Below the pieces are notes generated by a model. It saw only the letters and a list, made by a program, of their open reading frames with translations, had not been told where the DNA came from and ran no database searches. Position numbers and translations under genes: made by a program. A DNA stretch of 64,000 nucleotides from an uncultured delta proteobacterium (lineage in GTDB: Bacteria; Desulfobacterota; Desulfobacteria; Desulfobacterales; Desulfatirhabdiaceae): contig CAWBKP010000012.1 of NCBI GenBank assembly GCA_963789395.1, positions 160,001 to 224,000 of the forward strand. Reading direction: 5' to 3'. This document shows positions 62,401-64,000 of this stretch, one piece after another; position 1 is the first letter of the stretch, and the number at the start of each line of letters is the position of its first letter.

Positions 62401-64000
62401 TTACGGTGAACCGGACGCTTTGCGAAATTTATCAAGCTGCTTTTCAAAATAGCTTCGGTCTCCGGTTGCCGAAAGCAGCGCTTTTTCGCCGATATAAACC
62501 GCTTCCTCAGGTTGGCTATTGCGATACAGGCATTCTGCGAACGTATCCAGGATCTGGGAAGAAGGCTTCAGTTCCGCGGCCCTTGCGGCAAGCTGCACGG
62601 CACGGCCGGGGTCGCGGAATGCCTTGTCTTCGCTGGTTGCCAGAATCCAGGCCAGGTTGTTCAGCGCTGAAAAATTATCCGGCTGCAGCATAATCGCCGT
62701 TTCATAGGCATCTTTCGCCATCTCGAATTTTTCGCGGAGCACATAGGTGTCTCCCAGAACATTATAGGAAACCGGATTGCCCGGATTTTTTTCAATTTCC
62801 CTCAGCAGGACCTGCTCAAAAAGATGAGCATTCAGTTTTTTGCCGGTGTCGCCCCAGTTCAGTGTGTACCCCAGCGCACCGATCATCAGGATTCCCGCAA
62901 TATAAATGGCGATGCTTCTACGGATTTTCCGGTCATGCCGGCTGATCCAGGAACGATCGGTTTCGCATTTTCGCAGAAATCCGATTCGTTCTGAAATGCT
63001 GTAATGGTGCCAGTTGGGCTTGTTTGCCGGCTGGCCGCTGGTCATCGCAATTTTCTCCAGGGTTGTGATCAGCGGCGCAGAGCTGTTGAATAGGGTAAAG
63101 ACAAAGGCATCAGCCTGCCGCTCGAAATTTCGCATGAAATAGCCGAATATATAGCGAAAATAGACCAGAAATGAGAGGATGGCGCCCAGACTGAAAAACG
63201 CCGACATTGCGGTTGTCTGCCGCCCCTGAACCTGTTCCATCAGCGGATAGAGCTGCGGAATATAAAGGATGGCGATCAGAATGACATCAAACAGCGCATA
63301 GGAAATGAACATGTATCCGGCAAAGAAAAACAGATAAAACTGAAGGTGTTTTTTACGGACATGACCGATTTCATGCGCCACCACCGCATCGACCTCTTCC
63401 GGGCTGAGATACTCCAGCAAGGCTTCGGTAATCAACAGATAGCGGAAGGGTTTGATCAGCCCCATGACGCCGGCCGTAATCATTCGGCCACCCAGAACCG
63501 GCCAGTACATGATGTTGGCAAATGAAAACCCTGCGCGCCTGCTCAGACTTTCAATTCTCAGCCGGACGGGTCCCGGCTCAAGGGGCCTGCACCGCCAGAT
63601 TTTTTGAATCATTGCCGGCCCGGTAAGCGCCACAGCAAGCAGAAAAACCAGAAAAAACACAATCTGACCCGTGGACGTTGACAGCAGTTGTTTAGGCAAC
63701 TCGAACGGAAGGGCCTGAAGGATGTCTGCAGTGCCGGAAATTACCAGCCACGGCAGCACCACGGGGATACTGAATGAAATTTGCGACGAAACATAGTCAC
63801 GAAGGGAAATACCGCTCCGGTAGAGTTTGTCATACGGAAACCAGGCACAGATCCAGACGATGATCATATACAACAGAAAAAGAGAGAGACAGATCAGGGC
63901 TTCAAGCGTTGGAAAGTTTGATACTAAGGGAAGCCCGGCGGTCAGTGCCGGCAGGTTCAGGCCATAGATGCTGCATGTGAAAAAACCGATTGCCAGAATC
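62401..64000 (-). CDS. M48-family membrane zinc metalloprotease with TPR domain (5' end beyond the window)
   Basis: HEIGH, FERQAD, HYSI.ERI; TPR (LNNLAWIL); frame stays open to the window end. Confidence 0.88.
   Translation of the reverse strand, partial: ILAIGFFTCSIYGLNLPALTAGLPLVSNFPTLEALICLSLFLLYMIIVWICAWFPYDKLYRSGISLRDYVSSQISFSIPVVLPWLVISGTADILQALPFELPKQLLSTSTGQIVFFLVFLLAVALTGPAMIQKIWRCRPLEPGPVRLRIESLSRRAGFSFANIMYWPVLGGRMITAGVMGLIKPFRYLLITEALLEYLSPEEVDAVVAHEIGHVRKKHLQFYLFFFAGYMFISYALFDVILIAILYIPQLYPLMEQVQGRQTTAMSAFFSLGAILSFLVYFRYIFGYFMRNFERQADAFVFTLFNSSAPLITTLEKIAMTSGQPANKPNWHHYSISERIGFLRKCETDRSWISRHDRKIRRSIAIYIAGILMIGALGYTLNWGDTGKKLNAHLFEQVLLREIEKNPGNPVSYNVLGDTYVLREKFEMAKDAYETAIMLQPDNFSALNNLAWILATSEDKAFRDPGRAVQLAARAAELKPSSQILDTFAECLYRNSQPEEAVYIGEKALLSATGDRSYFEKQLDKFRKASGSP

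Noticed and set aside
1..64000. CRISPR arrays, tRNA/rRNA genes, IS transposases, phage genes
   Set aside because: No regularly spaced repeats, cloverleaf or rRNA signatures, or transposase/integrase motifs were seen by eye; very short or degenerate elements could have been missed

Overview
Bacterial chromosomal segment. Gene content and order (porGDAB, iorAB-liv-paaK, hisB-lipoprotein-hisA-xseAB-ispA-dxs-tlyA, CBS/DHH tRNA nucleotidyltransferase-trpS, aldehyde:ferredoxin oxidoreductase, sigma-54 activator) suggest an anaerobic Desulfobacterota-type organism (inference). Housekeeping blocks are interrupted by an accessory region (about 23.2-39.1 kb) and a small decayed patch (53.5-56.2 kb). 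Main observations: (1) an OsmC-family gene with an in-frame UGA at the first catalytic Cys position, followed by a SECIS-like hairpin (probable selenoprotein, split in two by the ORF track); (2) a ~650-nt ORF-less group II intron (RmInt1/class D-like) plus a 5'-truncated second copy with the same ORF deletion, the two bracketing a ~7.4-kb accessory block; (3) a 2-oxoacid oxidoreductase whose delta subunit contains a whole GltD/NfnL-like NAD(P)H flavoprotein module; (4) a sigma-54-controlled AOR + GMC oxidoreductase + acyl-CoA ligase operon; (5) an intrinsic terminator with an overlapping short ORF directly abutting the iorA ribosome-binding site; (6) full-length but active-site-degenerate MurI and PaaK homologues. 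About a dozen frameshifts, mostly single-base insertions and including dxs, are probably long-read errors rather than pseudogenes. No tRNA, rRNA, CRISPR array or transposase was seen. All family assignments come from motif recognition by eye; no database searches were run.
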